Part shown: in pieces, positions 43,125 to 53,973 of the stretch
Layout: each line of letters opens with the position of its first letter
Numbering within the stretch: the first letter of the stretch is position 1
Source of the DNA: Nitrosopumilus sp.
GTDB taxonomy: Archaea; Thermoproteota; Nitrososphaeria; Nitrososphaerales; Nitrosopumilaceae
NCBI GenBank assembly: GCA_965219345.1
Contig: OZ244732.1
Span: forward strand, 1,632,001 to 1,696,000
DNA length: 64,000 nucleotides
Reading direction: 5' to 3'
Translations under genes and position numbers: made by a program
Notes under the pieces: generated by a model
Told to the model about the DNA's origin: nothing
The model's input: the letters and a program-made list of their open reading frames with translations, nothing else
Databases searched by the model: none

Positions 43125-43916
43125 ATGTCAGAGTTAGAAGGAATAAATCGCCATCTCGAAGAGTTAAGAAAGAGATTACTTAGAATTGTACTAGTTATTG
43201 GTATCATTACTGCATTTATTCTAACTTTTCATGCAGAACCAATTCAAATAGGACAAATTACTTTGTACTATCCATTGCCTGAACCACTAAACAATATTGC
43301 TGCACAAATTACTAACCACATGAAATTCAATCTTGTTCCAGAAGATGTTCAGTTAATTCAAACAGCCCCAGGACAAGCTTTCTTTGCTCAAGTATACATT
43401 GCAGCACTTGTAGGAATTGTGGTTGGAATGCCAATTATTATCAAAGAGTTAGTTGGATTCATCAAACCAGCACTAAAAGAAAATGAAATCAATGTTAGTA
43501 GAAGCATATCACTTCCAGCATTAGGGCTATTTATTGCAGGTTGTGTTTTTTCTTACAATTTTGTAATTCCATATATTTTAGAATTTTTGTATAGATATGG
43601 CGAATCTGCGGGGCTTGTAACTTTTCTGAACATAATGGATTTTGTGACTTTTGTTTTACAATTTTTGTTAGCGTTTGGGTTTTCATTTCAGCTTCCACTT
43701 GTAATGTACGCGATATCTGTATCAGGAATGGTAGATTCAGACTTTTGGAGAAAGAATATCAGATATGCAATTGTAGTTATTGTGATCTTTGGTGCAGTGA
43801 TTACTCCCGACGGAAGTGGTGTAACCATGTGGTTTATTGCAGTTCCAATGATTGTTCTTTACGTCACAGGCATGATAATAATTGAGCGTCAAGAACGCAA
43901 AAAGTTGAACACTTAA
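43125..43916 (+). CDS. tatC: Twin-arginine translocase TatC
   Basis: HLEELRKRL, FIKPAL, FQLP, AVITPD; six TM segments. Confidence 0.95.
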   Translation: MSELEGINRHLEELRKRLLRIVLVIGIITAFILTFHAEPIQIGQITLYYPLPEPLNNIAAQITNHMKFNLVPEDVQLIQTAPGQAFFAQVYIAALVGIVVGMPIIIKELVGFIKPALKENEINVSRSISLPALGLFIAGCVFSYNFVIPYILEFLYRYGESAGLVTFLNIMDFVTFVLQFLLAFGFSFQLPLVMYAISVSGMVDSDFWRKNIRYAIVVIVIFGAVITPDGSGVTMWFIAVPMIVLYVTGMIIIERQERKKLNT

Positions 43917-43943
43917 ATCTAAAATCAACGAACTTTATTCAAT

Positions 43944-44123
43944 ATGCTTGGAAGTACTGAAATTATTGTATTGGTTGTGGTAATTGGTGTATTAATTTTT
44001 GGTGCAAAAAAGATTCCAGAATTAGCAAAAACCTTTGGTAAAGCAAAGGGAGAATTTGAGAAAGGAAAGATCGAAGGCGACAAAGAACTCAAAGACTTTA
44101 AGGATAAAGTAAAATCTGACTAG
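43944..44123 (+). CDS. tatA: Twin-arginine translocase TatA (absent from ORF track)
   Basis: MLGSTEIIVLVVVIGVLIFGAKKIPELAKTFGKAKGEFEKG... Confidence 0.93.
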   Translation: MLGSTEIIVLVVVIGVLIFGAKKIPELAKTFGKAKGEFEKGKIEGDKELKDFKDKVKSD

Positions 44124-44548
44124 TTCTCAGCAATTTTTGCAAAATCATCTAAAATTTTGGCATAATCTTCTTCAAACTTGTTTTTTTCAAACATGCTTGA
44201 CATCTTCATCTTCCCGTTTAGTTTCAAATCTACATCAACCACAACTCTGGTTCCTTCCGAAATTTCAATAAATTGTTGCTTGATATGGCTTCCCTTGGCA
44301 TCACCGCCAATAACAAAAACCTCATGCAATACAGGTTCTTCAGTAACATGCTTTGCCATAAGTACCAGTTCTTTATCTCCAAGATTCATGTGCTCCTCTA
44401 CAACTGAGGTATTTCCTCGAACTGAACGTACTCGAATTGATGGAAAATGTTGAGGAATTAATTTCTGATAGTTTTCATAATTTGATAATATTTTAAAGAC
44501 AGTTTCTCTTTTTGCATTGACAGTTTTTTTTAAAGAAAACTTTGACAA
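44120..44548 (-). CDS. SRPBCC/polyketide cyclase family protein
   Basis: VNAKRETVFKILSNYENYQKLIP helix-grip start. Confidence 0.8.
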   Translation of the reverse strand: MSKFSLKKTVNAKRETVFKILSNYENYQKLIPQHFPSIRVRSVRGNTSVVEEHMNLGDKELVLMAKHVTEEPVLHEVFVIGGDAKGSHIKQQFIEISEGTRVVVDVDLKLNGKMKMSSMFEKNKFEEDYAKILDDFAKIAEN

Positions 44549-44555
44549 CAGTAAT

Positions 44556-45113
44556 TTAGAATGTACCCCATCGAGGGTATAAGTCGTGCTCTATGCCAAA
44601 CTGGTCCAGGCACTTTCCCACCCCATGATTAACAATATCATCAATTGATTTGGGTTTTGTGTAAAACTCTGTAACGGGCGGTAAAATTACAACCCCCAGT
44701 CTAGATAACTTTAACATGTTTTCTAAATGGATTGCAGAAAGTGGGGTCTCTCTTGCCATCAAAATTAATTTTCTGGATTCTTTTATTGTTACACCTGCTG
44801 CTCTTGCAATCAATGTATCATCATATCCATTTGCAACTGCAGATAATGTTTTCATGCTACATGGTAGAATAATCATTCCATCAACTCTATGAGTTCCGCT
44901 TGAAACACTTGATGCCATATTTTTTTCATCTGAAGTGTTTGTTGCAAGTGATTTCACATAGTCAACTGTATATTCAGTTTCCATAGAGATGCATTTTTCA
45001 GCCCACCCAGACATTATCAAGTGAGTTTCAACGTTTAGCTTTTTTAGAATCTCTAACATTCTAATTCCATAAATTGCTCCAGTACTGCCAGTAATACCAA
45101 TGACTAACTTCAA
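44556..45113 (-). CDS. ubiX: Flavin prenyltransferase UbiX
   Basis: IGITGSTG, SSGT, PCSMKTL, RETPL. Confidence 0.95.
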   Translation of the reverse strand: MKLVIGITGSTGAIYGIRMLEILKKLNVETHLIMSGWAEKCISMETEYTVDYVKSLATNTSDEKNMASSVSSGTHRVDGMIILPCSMKTLSAVANGYDDTLIARAAGVTIKESRKLILMARETPLSAIHLENMLKLSRLGVVILPPVTEFYTKPKSIDDIVNHGVGKCLDQFGIEHDLYPRWGTF

Positions 45114-45168
45114 TAATTAATCTTGGAAAGTGCAGTATTTTATGTGTTAGATAGAAGAGAGCATAATA

Positions 45169-45318
45169 CTAAGGATTTTGCGCCTCGTCATTCTCTGCAG
45201 ACTTTTTCTCTAACTCTTTTCTTGCTTTTCTTCGTTTAAGCCACAAAAAAATTCCAGCTGCTGCCATTACAGGTAGTAAAATTACTCCTACCAGCTGTAA
45301 TTCAAAATGATAAAACAT
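45169..45318 (-). CDS. Small single-TM protein (49 aa)
   Basis: MFYHFELQLVGVILLPVMAAAGIFLWLKRRKARKE...*. Confidence 0.55.
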   Translation of the reverse strand: MFYHFELQLVGVILLPVMAAAGIFLWLKRRKARKELEKKSAENDEAQNP

Positions 45319-45416
45319 ATCTGAAATCAGATATTAATTAAAAAAAAATCTTGTGATTTACGCCTATTAAATAAATTGAAAATTAGCTATATTAGATCCC
45401 ATAATGTGGGAATAAT

Positions 45417-46508
45417 GTGATCAAGAGTTCTGAGATAAAGAAGATAGTAAACAACTATTCAGATGTCAGGATAGGAGTTCTTGGCAGTCACTCGGCATTA
45501 GAAGTGATGGATGGTGCAAAAGATGAGGATTTCCAGACTAGTGTTTTTTGTCAAAGAGGAAGAGAAGGACCATATCAGAGATTTGCAAGGATTGCAGACG
45601 AGATCATAGTGTTAGATAAATTCAAAGATATGGCTTCAGCCAAAATTCAAAAAAAGTTGCTTGAGTCAAATACAATCATAGTTCCACATAGATCACTTAC
45701 TGTTTATCTAGGTTACAAAATAATAGAGAACACATTCAAAGTGCCAATTTTTGGAAATAGAAAATTATTCCAAGCAGAAGAGAGAACTGCAAAAAAAGGC
45801 CAGTACTATCTTTTAGAGAAATCTAGAATAAAATACCCTAAATTATTCAAAGACCCAAAAAGAATTAACAGACCTTGTATTGTAAAGGTTCAAGAAAAAA
45901 ATAGACCACTGGAAAGAGCATTCTTCACTGTTTCATCTTACAAGGATTATAAAGAAAAATCAGAAGCAAAAATCAAACAGGGCGTTATCTCGAGAAAGGA
46001 TCTAGAAAAATCAAGCATCGAAGAATTAGTAATAGGAACATACATGAATTTTAACTTCTTCCATACACCAATTTCAGACCAAGTTGATTTTATTGGAATT
46101 GAAAGAAGATTGCAAACGAACATACACGATTACAATGCACTTCCTGCAAAACAGCAACTAGACATTAACATAGATTTACAAAATATTGAGGTAGGTCATA
46201 CGCCTGCAAGCATTAGAGAATCACTGCTTGAAAAAGTAATCAAGATGGGAGATAAGTTTGTAGCAGCTGTCAAAAAAGAGTATGCTCCAGGAATTATTGG
46301 GCCATTCTCACTTCAAAGTGTAATTACAAAAGATTTAGAATTAATAGTATATGATGTATCGTTACGAGTTCCTGGAAATCCAATAGTAGCAACCACAAGC
46401 CCTTACACAAAATATCAATATGGTAAGACCTTTGGCGTGGGTAGAAGAATCGCAATGGAGATTAAGCGAGCCCAAGAAGAAGATCGTCTTGATGAAATAG
46501 TAACATAA
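45417..46508 (+). CDS. purP: PurP-family ATP-grasp enzyme (formate:AICAR ligase-like)
   Basis: IGVLGSHSALE, GAKDE, FGNR, RESLLEKV, PGIIGPFSLQ, GRRIAMEIK. Confidence 0.92.
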   Translation: MIKSSEIKKIVNNYSDVRIGVLGSHSALEVMDGAKDEDFQTSVFCQRGREGPYQRFARIADEIIVLDKFKDMASAKIQKKLLESNTIIVPHRSLTVYLGYKIIENTFKVPIFGNRKLFQAEERTAKKGQYYLLEKSRIKYPKLFKDPKRINRPCIVKVQEKNRPLERAFFTVSSYKDYKEKSEAKIKQGVISRKDLEKSSIEELVIGTYMNFNFFHTPISDQVDFIGIERRLQTNIHDYNALPAKQQLDINIDLQNIEVGHTPASIRESLLEKVIKMGDKFVAAVKKEYAPGIIGPFSLQSVITKDLELIVYDVSLRVPGNPIVATTSPYTKYQYGKTFGVGRRIAMEIKRAQEEDRLDEIVT

Positions 46509-46701
46509 TGGTACCTAATAAATCCAAAAATATATTTCCGGTAAAAATTGTCTATTTTTGTTAATTGGCTAGATTGAGAAATATATTGAATACTCAACGT
46601 TTTGGCTCAAATAATTAAAACGGTTTGATGTTTGAGACAAAATTGCTGGATGCCAATTGACAATACAAACTCTTTTTTGACCAATTAAGATTCAAAGAAT
46701 A

Positions 46702-46962
46702 ATGGGTAGAACTATCTTCATCAAAGAGATCATAATCATAGGAAAAGAACCCAGACTTTGTCCCACTTGTGAGAAAGAAGACAGGTTAGAAAAAGAAATC
46801 GTTAGAGAAGAAAGATCTGGTGGAAAAACAATTCTCTGTTCTCGTTGTGAAGCATTAATCATAATTACAAATCATAATCTCAAGGAAGTAGAATTATCAT
46901 CACAAAAAGATGATATTATTATGCTAAAGGAACCTTATCTGATTAGAAAAGTGACATATTAG
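46702..46962 (+). CDS. Zn-ribbon hypothetical protein
   Basis: CPTC...CSRC. Confidence 0.7.
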   Translation: MGRTIFIKEIIIIGKEPRLCPTCEKEDRLEKEIVREERSGGKTILCSRCEALIIITNHNLKEVELSSQKDDIIMLKEPYLIRKVTY

Positions 46963-46988
46963 TTTTCAGCTTTTACAATAAATTCCTG

Positions 46989-47426
46989 TTATGCTTCCAT
47001 AGTTTTTTTGAGTAAATTTTTTCTAACAAGAATTGGAATATTATAAAATGATGCAAGTGCCATGGCATCAGATGCACGATAGTTTCTCAATACAAGGTCT
47101 TTTTTGCCGGTAAAGTATAGATTTGCTCGTAATACTTCACCACTCTCATAGATTTTTACTTTGACTAAAATCAATTCGTTTTCTTCACAAATCTCTTCAA
47201 TCATCTTGTAGATTGAGGGTACTGGCTCTCCTTCATTTTCATCAAAACTTGAGATGTGTCTTACAACTTCACCAGAAAAGGCCCTCATGTGAAATTCTTT
47301 TCCATTATCAGCCTTTAGAACAACCATTCCTTCAACAGCATAAGGATCAACGAATCCAATGTAATCAATTTTGACTGATTCATAGTCAGGCTCTTGTGCT
47401 TGATCAATATTCATTGTATTACGCAT
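46989..47426 (-). CDS. Bifunctional nuclease (DUF151) family protein
   Basis: RASDAMALA...PILV motif. Confidence 0.8.
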   Translation of the reverse strand: MRNTMNIDQAQEPDYESVKIDYIGFVDPYAVEGMVVLKADNGKEFHMRAFSGEVVRHISSFDENEGEPVPSIYKMIEEICEENELILVKVKIYESGEVLRANLYFTGKKDLVLRNYRASDAMALASFYNIPILVRKNLLKKTMEA

Positions 47427-47553
47427 AAACTTCAGGCTCAGTGTTTATAAACATAGCAAGAACTGAGATCAAATTGCAAAAAGATCGGAAGGTAAATTAT
47501 TTTTTAACAATCAAGACTACTGGTTAACCCCAAATTATTTAAAATCCCTAACT

Positions 47554-49380
47554 ATGGTTAGCTTAATGTCAACAAATCCAGAACGTGCAGTTTCATATGT
47601 TCTGAGCAAGTATGTCACGCAATACATGGACAAGGATATACTTATTCTTAGTCCGAGTATACAGACTAGCGAAGCAGCTAGAATGTTGCATCGTTATGAA
47701 ACAGATGACATTATTATTGCCGATAAAGATGGCGTTCCAGTTGGAATTGTCACAGATGAAGACATTCTAAGCAAAGTTAGTGATGTTTCAGTTTACGCCG
47801 AAGCTACTACATTAAAAGAAGTCATGAGCACTCCACTTGTTACAATTAATGAAAAGGCAACATTACAAGATGCTTTGCATAAAATGAGAGACAATGACAT
47901 CAGAAAACTTCCGGTTATATCAAAGAAAAACAAAGTTGTTGGAATAATCTATCAGACAACTATTGCAAATGTAATTAGAAACGCCACTGCCACTACTCCC
48001 CGCCTTTTGAGTCCCCCTGTAAAGGCAGTTCTTGGCAGTCTAGGTTTTGTTTTACAGTTTGCAGGAGTTTTGTTGCTTGTACCTGCTCTTGTTGCAACAG
48101 TTTTAGAGGATACAGTGATTGCCACGGGAATTTATCTGACTACAGTTCTTTTGTTAATTACTGGATTTTTTCTAAACTCTTATGGCGAAAAATCTAGCCT
48201 CAATTTACAGCAGGCATCAATTCTGGTCTTTGCCAGTCTATTTTTGCTATCATTATTCGGAACTGTTCCATATCTATACGTATTTCCAAGTGTCGAGAGT
48301 GATGCAGAGGTCTTTGGAAATGCTTTCTTTTCAAGTGCTGCAGGATTTACAACTGGGGGCATATCCCTATTTGATGAACCAGAGGAACTTTCTCAGAGTT
48401 TTACCTTCTATCGTAGCTACACACAGCTTGTAGGAGGTATGAGTTTCATTTACTTGGTAATTACAGCATTTTATCCAGAGTCAAAACTACAATCGATGCG
48501 GGGTTTCATATCAGGAAGAACACTTCACATGAAGGAACTTTTCTTAACCATCACAGTCATTTTTTCAATTTACATTGTAATTGTTGCAACCCTTTTGTAT
48601 TTCTTGGGTGAAAGAGACATACTTGATAATTTTTCATTGGCTATGAGCACTCTTTCAACAGGTGGATTCATTCCTACATCGACAATTCTTGAAGATTTAC
48701 TTTGGCAGGAACACATAGTCTTAATGGGTGCAATGATACTTGGAGCATTGCCATTTACATTCCATTATGCATTCGTTAGAAAAAAATTCCTTTCACCAAA
48801 ACTTGGAAAGGAAGTTCTAACATACTTTGCAATTTTAGGTAGTGCAACTGTTTTGTTTGTAGCAGTTAGTGGATTAGATCCTTTGGAAAGTGTTTTTTAT
48901 TCCGTGTCAGCTAGTACCACTGCAGGACTTCAGCAAGACAGCCTTACAGGACTCAATGGTGGAGCTTATACTGTTTTGATAATTTTGATGTTTATTGGAG
49001 GATGTGGATTCTCAACTGCCGGTGGTTTGAAAATATTTAGGCTATTCCACTTGAAAGATGTAACATCACTCTTCAGTAAAATAAAAAGGGCAGAACTATC
49101 AACCCAAGCAAAAAAAGAAGTTATTTCTACTTTAATTATTTTGGCACTATTTCCTACCATTGCAGCAATTACAGGATTACATCTTGCAGCAATAGAGGAA
49201 GTACCATTCCAAGAGGCATTCTTTGAAGCAGTTGGAGTTATTACAACTGGCGGTCTATCAGCAGGAGTAATTGACTCTGATACAGATTCTGCGACAAAAA
49301 TTGTTCTAGGATTTTTGATGATATTTGGTAGATTGGAGATAATTGCAATTATCTACATCTTTGTTCCTAGACTTAGCTAA
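47554..49380 (+). CDS. trkH: CBS-domain-fused TrkH-type potassium uptake protein
   Basis: Two N-terminal CBS domains; pore motifs GFTTGG, LSTGG, STTAG, ITTGG; CGFSTAGGLK, FGRLEI. Confidence 0.9.
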   Translation: MVSLMSTNPERAVSYVLSKYVTQYMDKDILILSPSIQTSEAARMLHRYETDDIIIADKDGVPVGIVTDEDILSKVSDVSVYAEATTLKEVMSTPLVTINEKATLQDALHKMRDNDIRKLPVISKKNKVVGIIYQTTIANVIRNATATTPRLLSPPVKAVLGSLGFVLQFAGVLLLVPALVATVLEDTVIATGIYLTTVLLLITGFFLNSYGEKSSLNLQQASILVFASLFLLSLFGTVPYLYVFPSVESDAEVFGNAFFSSAAGFTTGGISLFDEPEELSQSFTFYRSYTQLVGGMSFIYLVITAFYPESKLQSMRGFISGRTLHMKELFLTITVIFSIYIVIVATLLYFLGERDILDNFSLAMSTLSTGGFIPTSTILEDLLWQEHIVLMGAMILGALPFTFHYAFVRKKFLSPKLGKEVLTYFAILGSATVLFVAVSGLDPLESVFYSVSASTTAGLQQDSLTGLNGGAYTVLIILMFIGGCGFSTAGGLKIFRLFHLKDVTSLFSKIKRAELSTQAKKEVISTLIILALFPTIAAITGLHLAAIEEVPFQEAFFEAVGVITTGGLSAGVIDSDTDSATKIVLGFLMIFGRLEIIAIIYIFVPRLS

Positions 49381-49415
49381 GATAGGATTTAATTTCATAA
49401 AAAAAGTTCTAAATC

Positions 49416-50246
49416 ATGAAAGATCAATCATCTAAGAGTACAAACTCCGGAAGGAACATGATTGTTTTTGGATTTGTAATAATTACAATACTTTTTTTGC
49501 TTTATCACAGATATCAGGATCCAGAGATAATTACACCTGATGCACTAAATTCAATACAAAGAATTGCCTATGGATTTTACATAACGCTTGCTGCAGCATT
49601 TGGTGCTATTGCTTTTGGCATGTATAGATATCACAAGGAAAAAGTTGTAAACAAAGGAAAGGGACTAACAACAATAATTGCGCTGACAACATGGAATTCA
49701 AAATCACGTAAAATCTTTGTTGCCACATTTATTGGATATGGTTTATTCTTTTCACTAGCATCAGGTACACTAGTCTATCAGCCTGAAGTTAACTTTGCAA
49801 TTCATTATGGTGCAACAATTCCTTCTGGTTTTATTGCACCATGTTGTGATAGTCCTGGATACATGCCAAAGATAATTATCTACTTGACAGAACATGTAGG
49901 TTTGCAGATAATTCCAGTTAATTTAGTATTACAAGTGGTTGTGTCATATCTAGTTGGATTGAACGCGTCAATTGCTGCCAATGCTTATGCAATTTTAAAG
50001 AAAGGAAGTGGGATAAGCACTATTGGCGCAGCTACAGGACTTTTCATTGCATGTCCAACTTGTGCAGGAACACTTCTATCAATATTTGTTGGAACTGCAA
50101 GTGGAATTGCATTATCAATTGCGTTAACACAATTACAGACATTATTTATTGCGATATCAGTCCCAGTGTTAGTTATTACACCATATCTTATGGCGAGGAA
50201 ATTACGAAACACCGATGGCAGTTGTAAAATTGTTCCTACAAATTAA
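49416..50246 (+). CDS. Multi-pass membrane protein with CC and CPTC motifs
   Basis: Several TM helices; PCC, ACPTCAG. Confidence 0.8.
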   Translation: MKDQSSKSTNSGRNMIVFGFVIITILFLLYHRYQDPEIITPDALNSIQRIAYGFYITLAAAFGAIAFGMYRYHKEKVVNKGKGLTTIIALTTWNSKSRKIFVATFIGYGLFFSLASGTLVYQPEVNFAIHYGATIPSGFIAPCCDSPGYMPKIIIYLTEHVGLQIIPVNLVLQVVVSYLVGLNASIAANAYAILKKGSGISTIGAATGLFIACPTCAGTLLSIFVGTASGIALSIALTQLQTLFIAISVPVLVITPYLMARKLRNTDGSCKIVPTN

Positions 50247-50488
50247 ATTTTTTGACTTCAGGAATCCTGTGATTTCCGATATCGCATCCATCACGTCTTA
50301 GATACTTGGGAGTTAGCTTGTAAATTAGCTCATCATGATCAACTTGTGTCAGTATTTCAGTCCATAGTACTTCCTTTTGCTTCAATTTGTTTTTTAAAAT
50401 CAGGATTCATGGGTTCAGCAATGTCTATGCACTGATCAAAAGTTTTCCCATTTTTGTAAGCACGAGCATGTCTATCACAACTATCCAT
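50236..50488 (-). pseudogene. Frameshifted small hypothetical gene
   Basis: MDSCDRHARAYKNGKTFDQC...IEAK then frame change to VLWTEILTQVDHDELIYKL...KKFNL*. Confidence 0.6.
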
Positions 50489-50567
50489 AATCAAATATTC
50501 TTGAAATTCTAAATAAACCTAGTTTGAGGGTGTGTCAAACAAATACTAGAGGAGGAGATTAGGAATA

Positions 50568-50801
50568 ATGGGCATACAATCAGCCTTTGAATATGTGGAT
50601 TTTTTCATTAATCTCAATATGGGAGAAAATGTGAGCTTACTGAGTTTTGTTAACAATGAAAAAATAGTGCTCAAACAAAAACTAGAATACAAGAATTTAG
50701 AAAAAGAACCAATTCAGAAAGGAGTAGAAATTTTGGAAAAATTAGTAAGAGAGATTAATGAGATTGGAGAAAAAGCAGTACTAGAAAAATATCAAAAATA
50801 A
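50568..50801 (+). CDS. Hypothetical protein
   Basis: 77-aa ORF, host-like composition. Confidence 0.7.
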   Translation: MGIQSAFEYVDFFINLNMGENVSLLSFVNNEKIVLKQKLEYKNLEKEPIQKGVEILEKLVREINEIGEKAVLEKYQK

Positions 50802-51386
50802 TTGCTAGGAGATAACCAAATGGATAAAAATTTAGGAATAATTAGAACTGAGATCATCAGAATTCTTAACGAAAATGGAAAAATACGTGGAACCGAACTT
50901 GCCAAACGAGTAATAGAAAAAGTTGGTAATGAAAAAATGGTTTACAGAGAAATCAGTGCACTTGTTGAAGCAGGAGAAATTGAAAAGAAAATCCACAGCC
51001 GGTCTCACATAGAATATGAGTTGATCAATTTATCAGAATCAGTTAACAGTCAACTCAAAAATATCCACAAGGAAATTGATATAATTTTTAATGAAATTGC
51101 TAATTTTGATATCAGTAGTAAAGAAGAAAAATTTTCTTCCCGGGAAAGATTAAGATCAATCATCCATCTTATTCACATAGTACAGTCAACGGATGGAGTA
51201 ATGAAATTACTGTCTTATTATCCCGCATTCAAAAAAGACAAAATGTTCTCACAGATTAACAGAAAGATAAATGATTGTTGGCAAGCAATCATGAACACAA
51301 TTGCACATCAACCAGAAGATAATTTCATAAATGAAATTCTTGCAAACTTGAGGATATTGCAGTTTGATTCAAAGAATGTAAATTAG
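50802..51386 (+). CDS. wHTH-containing hypothetical protein
   Basis: IIRILNENG...ELAKRV...EISALVEAGEIEK. Confidence 0.7.
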   Translation: MLGDNQMDKNLGIIRTEIIRILNENGKIRGTELAKRVIEKVGNEKMVYREISALVEAGEIEKKIHSRSHIEYELINLSESVNSQLKNIHKEIDIIFNEIANFDISSKEEKFSSRERLRSIIHLIHIVQSTDGVMKLLSYYPAFKKDKMFSQINRKINDCWQAIMNTIAHQPEDNFINEILANLRILQFDSKNVN

Positions 51387-51658
51387 AATTTTTTTAGTTT
51401 CTCTACAACAATTCTAAAAATCTCATCATTATCTGGCAATACATAAGGAAGATTATTTTCTTCACACGCCTGACCACTCTCCGTGTCCCGTGTAACTAGT
51501 ATCATGTCATTTTCTTGGGCATAACTTATCACAGAATAGTCAGTTCTGAGTTTATGACCATCCATGCGCGCATCTTCTTAACACTATATGCATCATATCC
51601 TAACTCCTTGAGTTTTTCATCTAAACCATCATCCATCCCATAGATTAAAATTTTTATA
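51383..51658 (-). pseudogene. DUF5615/Mut7-like PIN protein, degenerate and frameshifted
   Basis: IKILIYGMDDGLDEKLKELGYDAYSVKKMR then frame change to DGHKLRTDYSVISYAQENDMILVTRD; start codon and first acidic residues appear lost. Confidence 0.65.
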
Positions 51659-51731
51659 TAATTGCATGATTTTACTTTAATATTAGTATAAACAAAATGA
51701 TCAAGTACTTATTTTCAATAAAATAACAGTT

Positions 51732-51968
51732 TTGATGGATGTAAAAGAAGAAGACAAATCGGAAGAATCCAAAAAGAATCATCTTACATACTATAAATCA
51801 CTAACCAAAGTAATTTTTGATTTTCAAGAAGAAAAAAATCAAGTGGTAGACCCCACAATCAAAAATCATCTAGATGGGAGAATTAATGCTGTTGAGAGAG
51901 ACAGAAAAAGGATTAGAGAAATGTTTCCAGATATTACAAAAGAGGAATGGGATGTCTACACCAACTGA
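51732..51968 (+). CDS. Hypothetical helical protein
   Basis: 78-aa ORF. Confidence 0.65.
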   Translation: MMDVKEEDKSEESKKNHLTYYKSLTKVIFDFQEEKNQVVDPTIKNHLDGRINAVERDRKRIREMFPDITKEEWDVYTN

Positions 51969-52158
51969 AAAAAACCATAACAAACATCTCGACTTACTTC
52001 AAGACTACAAGTTACACTTGATAACATATGTCCAAGAATTAGAAAAGATGGATGAACAATCAGAATTTGCAAAAAAATGGAATGAGACTACCATTAAAGA
52101 AAGAAAGGAAGAGATTCAAGTGGTTGACAAGATTCTAAAAAACCTAGTTAGATTCTAG
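51952..52158 (+). CDS. Hypothetical helical protein
   Basis: MSTPTEKNH... overlaps the upstream stop region. Confidence 0.6.
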   Translation: MSTPTEKNHNKHLDLLQDYKLHLITYVQELEKMDEQSEFAKKWNETTIKERKEEIQVVDKILKNLVRF

Positions 52159-52508
52159 TTATGATATTTCTGCGTCAAGTCATAGAGACTTGAACAAAAT
52201 TCATCAGTATGTTCAGGCGATATGTCATTAAACCAGGCAAGTTCTTTGTTAACATTAAAGCCCTGAAAATCTGACTTTGAGTTTAACTTTGTAAACTCTA
52301 TTTCATTTTTGATTAGTTTTGTAATTTCTTCTTGTTCTTGATTTGAAAATTCATAATTACATGTCATCAAATCAATCTGAACATAATATTTTTTATTTCC
52401 GGGATTAATCCTTGCCTTGATAAACGGCTTGTTTAGTTGCTTACATTCTCTGTAGTGCCTATCATACTCAAACATCTTTGAGTCTCCAAGATATTTGTGA
52501 AATGTCAT
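52155..52508 (-). CDS. Hypothetical protein
   Basis: 117-aa ORF. Confidence 0.7.
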   Translation of the reverse strand: MTFHKYLGDSKMFEYDRHYRECKQLNKPFIKARINPGNKKYYVQIDLMTCNYEFSNQEQEEITKLIKNEIEFTKLNSKSDFQGFNVNKELAWFNDISPEHTDEFCSSLYDLTQKYHN

Positions 52509-52544
52509 TATGTTTAGAAATTAATGAGATTATCTAAATTTTCT

Positions 52545-52928
52545 CTAGAGATCAGCAGTAATTTTCTTTATTTTTGTAATTAATCTGATTTTGGTGTTAA
52601 TTGGCATCTCAGGTTCCATTGCAAAATAGACAATGTTTCTTTTTGTGTAAATTACCATCTGAGATACTTTTTCTCGTTCAACATGTACGTACCGTACTTT
52701 ACCGAGACTTTTGTTGAATTCTTGTCTCATTGCTTTTCTTTGTGCCACTTGTTTACAGAAATGTTCTTCCTCTTTTTGGGAGTCAAGGCTTGTTTTTCCG
52801 GCCTTCATTATCGCCTCTCGGATTTTGCCTTTTGTGTCAATTATTGCTGCAAATCTCATTTGTGAATCCAATTTGAGAATTTTCTGAACTATATCTAACA
52901 GATCAGGTTTTTTCTTTGCTACCAACAT
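52545..52928 (-). CDS. Roadblock-like (DUF6659-type) protein
   Basis: ILKLDSQMRFAAII..G...SLGKVRYVHVEREKV. Confidence 0.7.
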   Translation of the reverse strand: MLVAKKKPDLLDIVQKILKLDSQMRFAAIIDTKGKIREAIMKAGKTSLDSQKEEEHFCKQVAQRKAMRQEFNKSLGKVRYVHVEREKVSQMVIYTKRNIVYFAMEPEMPINTKIRLITKIKKITADL

Positions 52929-53027
52929 TAAATTCAAAAATTTCTGACTAAATATAAGCCATTGAAAGTGTCCCAAAAGGGGTTGGACAAAGTCACGGTT
53001 AAATTATTTTAAAAATACACAGATAGT

Positions 53028-53645
53028 ATGATAAACTCAATCTATCAGGTGCTTGAAGAGTTAGAAATACAATCAACCCTAGAGAAATCAAAGCAAGTCA
53101 ACATTCCTTCTGAAGACAGAATGCTTGCAATAACAAAAGAAACAGGAGAATTACTAAATATGATTTTACGGCTAAAGAATGCAAAAAATATACTTGAAGT
53201 AGGTATGTCAACAGGATATTCCACTATATGGTGTGCGGAAGCCATATCTGAGCAATCAGGTAAAATCATTACAATTGAACAAAATCAAAGCAAAATCAAA
53301 AGAGCAAAAGAGAATTTTCAGAAAGCGGGTGTAATGGATACAATCACTATAAAAAAAGGATTAGCGATGCAAATACTTACAGAATTGAATTTACAGCAAA
53401 GATTTAGGGATTTTTTTGATTTTGTGTTAATTGATGCAGATAAAGAGAATGTAATAGAATATTTTGATTTAATTTTTCCAATGGTTTCAGTTGGTGGAGT
53501 GATTATTACTGACAATATGCTATATCCTGAAAAGTTTAGAGAAGACATGAAAAAATTCTCAGACTATCTCAAAAAGAATCCTAACCTTAGGACTATAACA
53601 TCACCGATTGGAAATGGTGAAGAGATTACAATAAAGCTAAAATAG
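53028..53645 (+). CDS. O-methyltransferase (COMT-like)
   Basis: ILEVGMSTGYS, FDFVLIDADK, GGVIITDN. Confidence 0.9.
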   Translation: MINSIYQVLEELEIQSTLEKSKQVNIPSEDRMLAITKETGELLNMILRLKNAKNILEVGMSTGYSTIWCAEAISEQSGKIITIEQNQSKIKRAKENFQKAGVMDTITIKKGLAMQILTELNLQQRFRDFFDFVLIDADKENVIEYFDLIFPMVSVGGVIITDNMLYPEKFREDMKKFSDYLKKNPNLRTITSPIGNGEEITIKLK

Positions 53646-53696
53646 TTATTTCCTGGCCTTTATGATTTTGTTCTTGTTATTTATTAATCAGAAATA

Positions 53697-53933
53697 ATGA
53701 GTTTTCATATGAAAGTAGGGATGTCAGTGATCATTATAGGGATAATCATGTTTGTTGCAGGGCTAGTATTTTTTTACTCCATCGAATTAGGTCAAACAGA
53801 TCCTATTTTTAGATTTATCAAGAATATAGGCACATTTATTGGCATTAGTGGAATGGGTGTTGTTCTGGCAGGAATTTTACTTCATCTTATAAATAAGAAC
53901 GAACCCCCCGTAAAAGAAAACTATGATTTCTAA
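53697..53933 (+). CDS. Small two-TM membrane protein
   Basis: Two hydrophobic helices. Confidence 0.7.
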   Translation: MSFHMKVGMSVIIIGIIMFVAGLVFFYSIELGQTDPIFRFIKNIGTFIGISGMGVVLAGILLHLINKNEPPVKENYDF

Positions 53934-53973
53934 AATTCCAAATTATTATAATACGGGAAATTAACGTTGATAA